This document shows positions 63,279-64,000 of a DNA stretch of 64,000 nt, piece by piece. The stretch spans positions 124,001 through 188,000 of the forward strand of contig JASANG010002570.1 in NCBI GenBank assembly GCA_030248215.1, written 5' to 3'. The DNA is from Enoplolaimus lenunculus. Taxonomy: Eukaryota. Both the position numbers and the translations under genes were made by a program. A model generated the notes under the pieces. It saw only the letters and a program-made list of their open reading frames with translations, was not told where the DNA came from and searched no databases. Positions within the stretch are counted from its first letter, which is position 1; each line of letters begins with the position of its first letter.

Positions 63279-64000
63279 GTCGGAAGATATTTTCTTACAC
63301 CCACACCAGTAGCCAGCTCACCTTGCTACGGTGGCGGACTAAATATTTTTCAGGAGGTGCATACAAGGGCTTTCGATGACTTACAAGCTAGGTTGAAGAT
63401 TTTCAAAGGGGTCCAGCGGTAAAAAATTTTCAGAGTAGGGGGCCGAGTCCCCCTCCCCCAGCCCCTGTCGCAACGAATCCGCTTACACCTATGTCGCGTT
63501 TGCTTAAGGTCTAGCCGATGAAACCTAGTGTTATTATATACTTGCTTTACTTAACGCGGAATGGAAACAACTCTTTATGCTACATTGATTGATACAACAG
63601 TTATCAAAATGTTACTGTTTGGAGATCTTATAATACATTAATAGAACCAGAAAATGACCCTAGTTTGTCACTTAAATCTCGGTACCCTTAGAAACTGTCG
63701 AAAGATTGACTTTCAATCACAAATTTCAGACTTCAGTAAACCATCAAATATGACACTGTTGCGCTAAAACGCTAAAAGCGATGAACATAGGGCTTATTTT
63801 TTCTGAAATCAGGGGAAAATTTTACAGGATCGGACTCAGTTCGTCCTGATTTAAGCACTAAAAATGTTTTACATTTGTCATCATGTAATACATTTAAGGA
63901 AAACTATTGTAGTTTCTCACAAATTCTGAACCAATAACTAAATTGATTTGGCTGAAGTATAAATCAACTTTCGCTGGTCATTGATCAGTGCCGGAGCAGC

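Overview
AT-rich, intron-containing eukaryotic DNA, most likely a nematode (inference from abundant TTAGGC hexamers and TTTCAG/TTTTAG splice acceptors; species not determinable here). Splicing by hand gives seven phase-consistent genes. On the minus strand: a six-finger C2H2 zinc-finger gene (4780-10493), MIX23/CCDC58 (12736-15221) and an unrecognised 5-exon gene (24337-28946). On the plus strand: UQCRH/QCR6 (16359-17217), intronless C2orf69/UPF0565 (18341-19351), an SLCO4-like OATP transporter (37168-44203) and the 5' part of TBC1D16 (55839 to beyond the window), which needs a GC-AG intron. Most ORFs in the supplied track are spurious. Introns and intergenic DNA are packed with non-autonomous DNA transposons (Merlin-like, hAT-like, EnSpm/CACTA-like, Harbinger-like, Tc2/pogo-like, piggyBac-like); no transposase was recognised. 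The most notable structure is a set of GGCC-ended elements with 8-bp target-site duplications (Merlin-like). More than 20 copies or fragments carry telomeric TTAGGC arrays, and one 2.86-kb fold-back member carries inverted ~82-bp satellite arrays. Also notable: a TTAA-flanked MITE with a tRNA-like Pol III cassette, and a candidate mitochondrial gene cluster or operon. All calls were made by eye with no database search, so superfamily assignments and novelty are untested.
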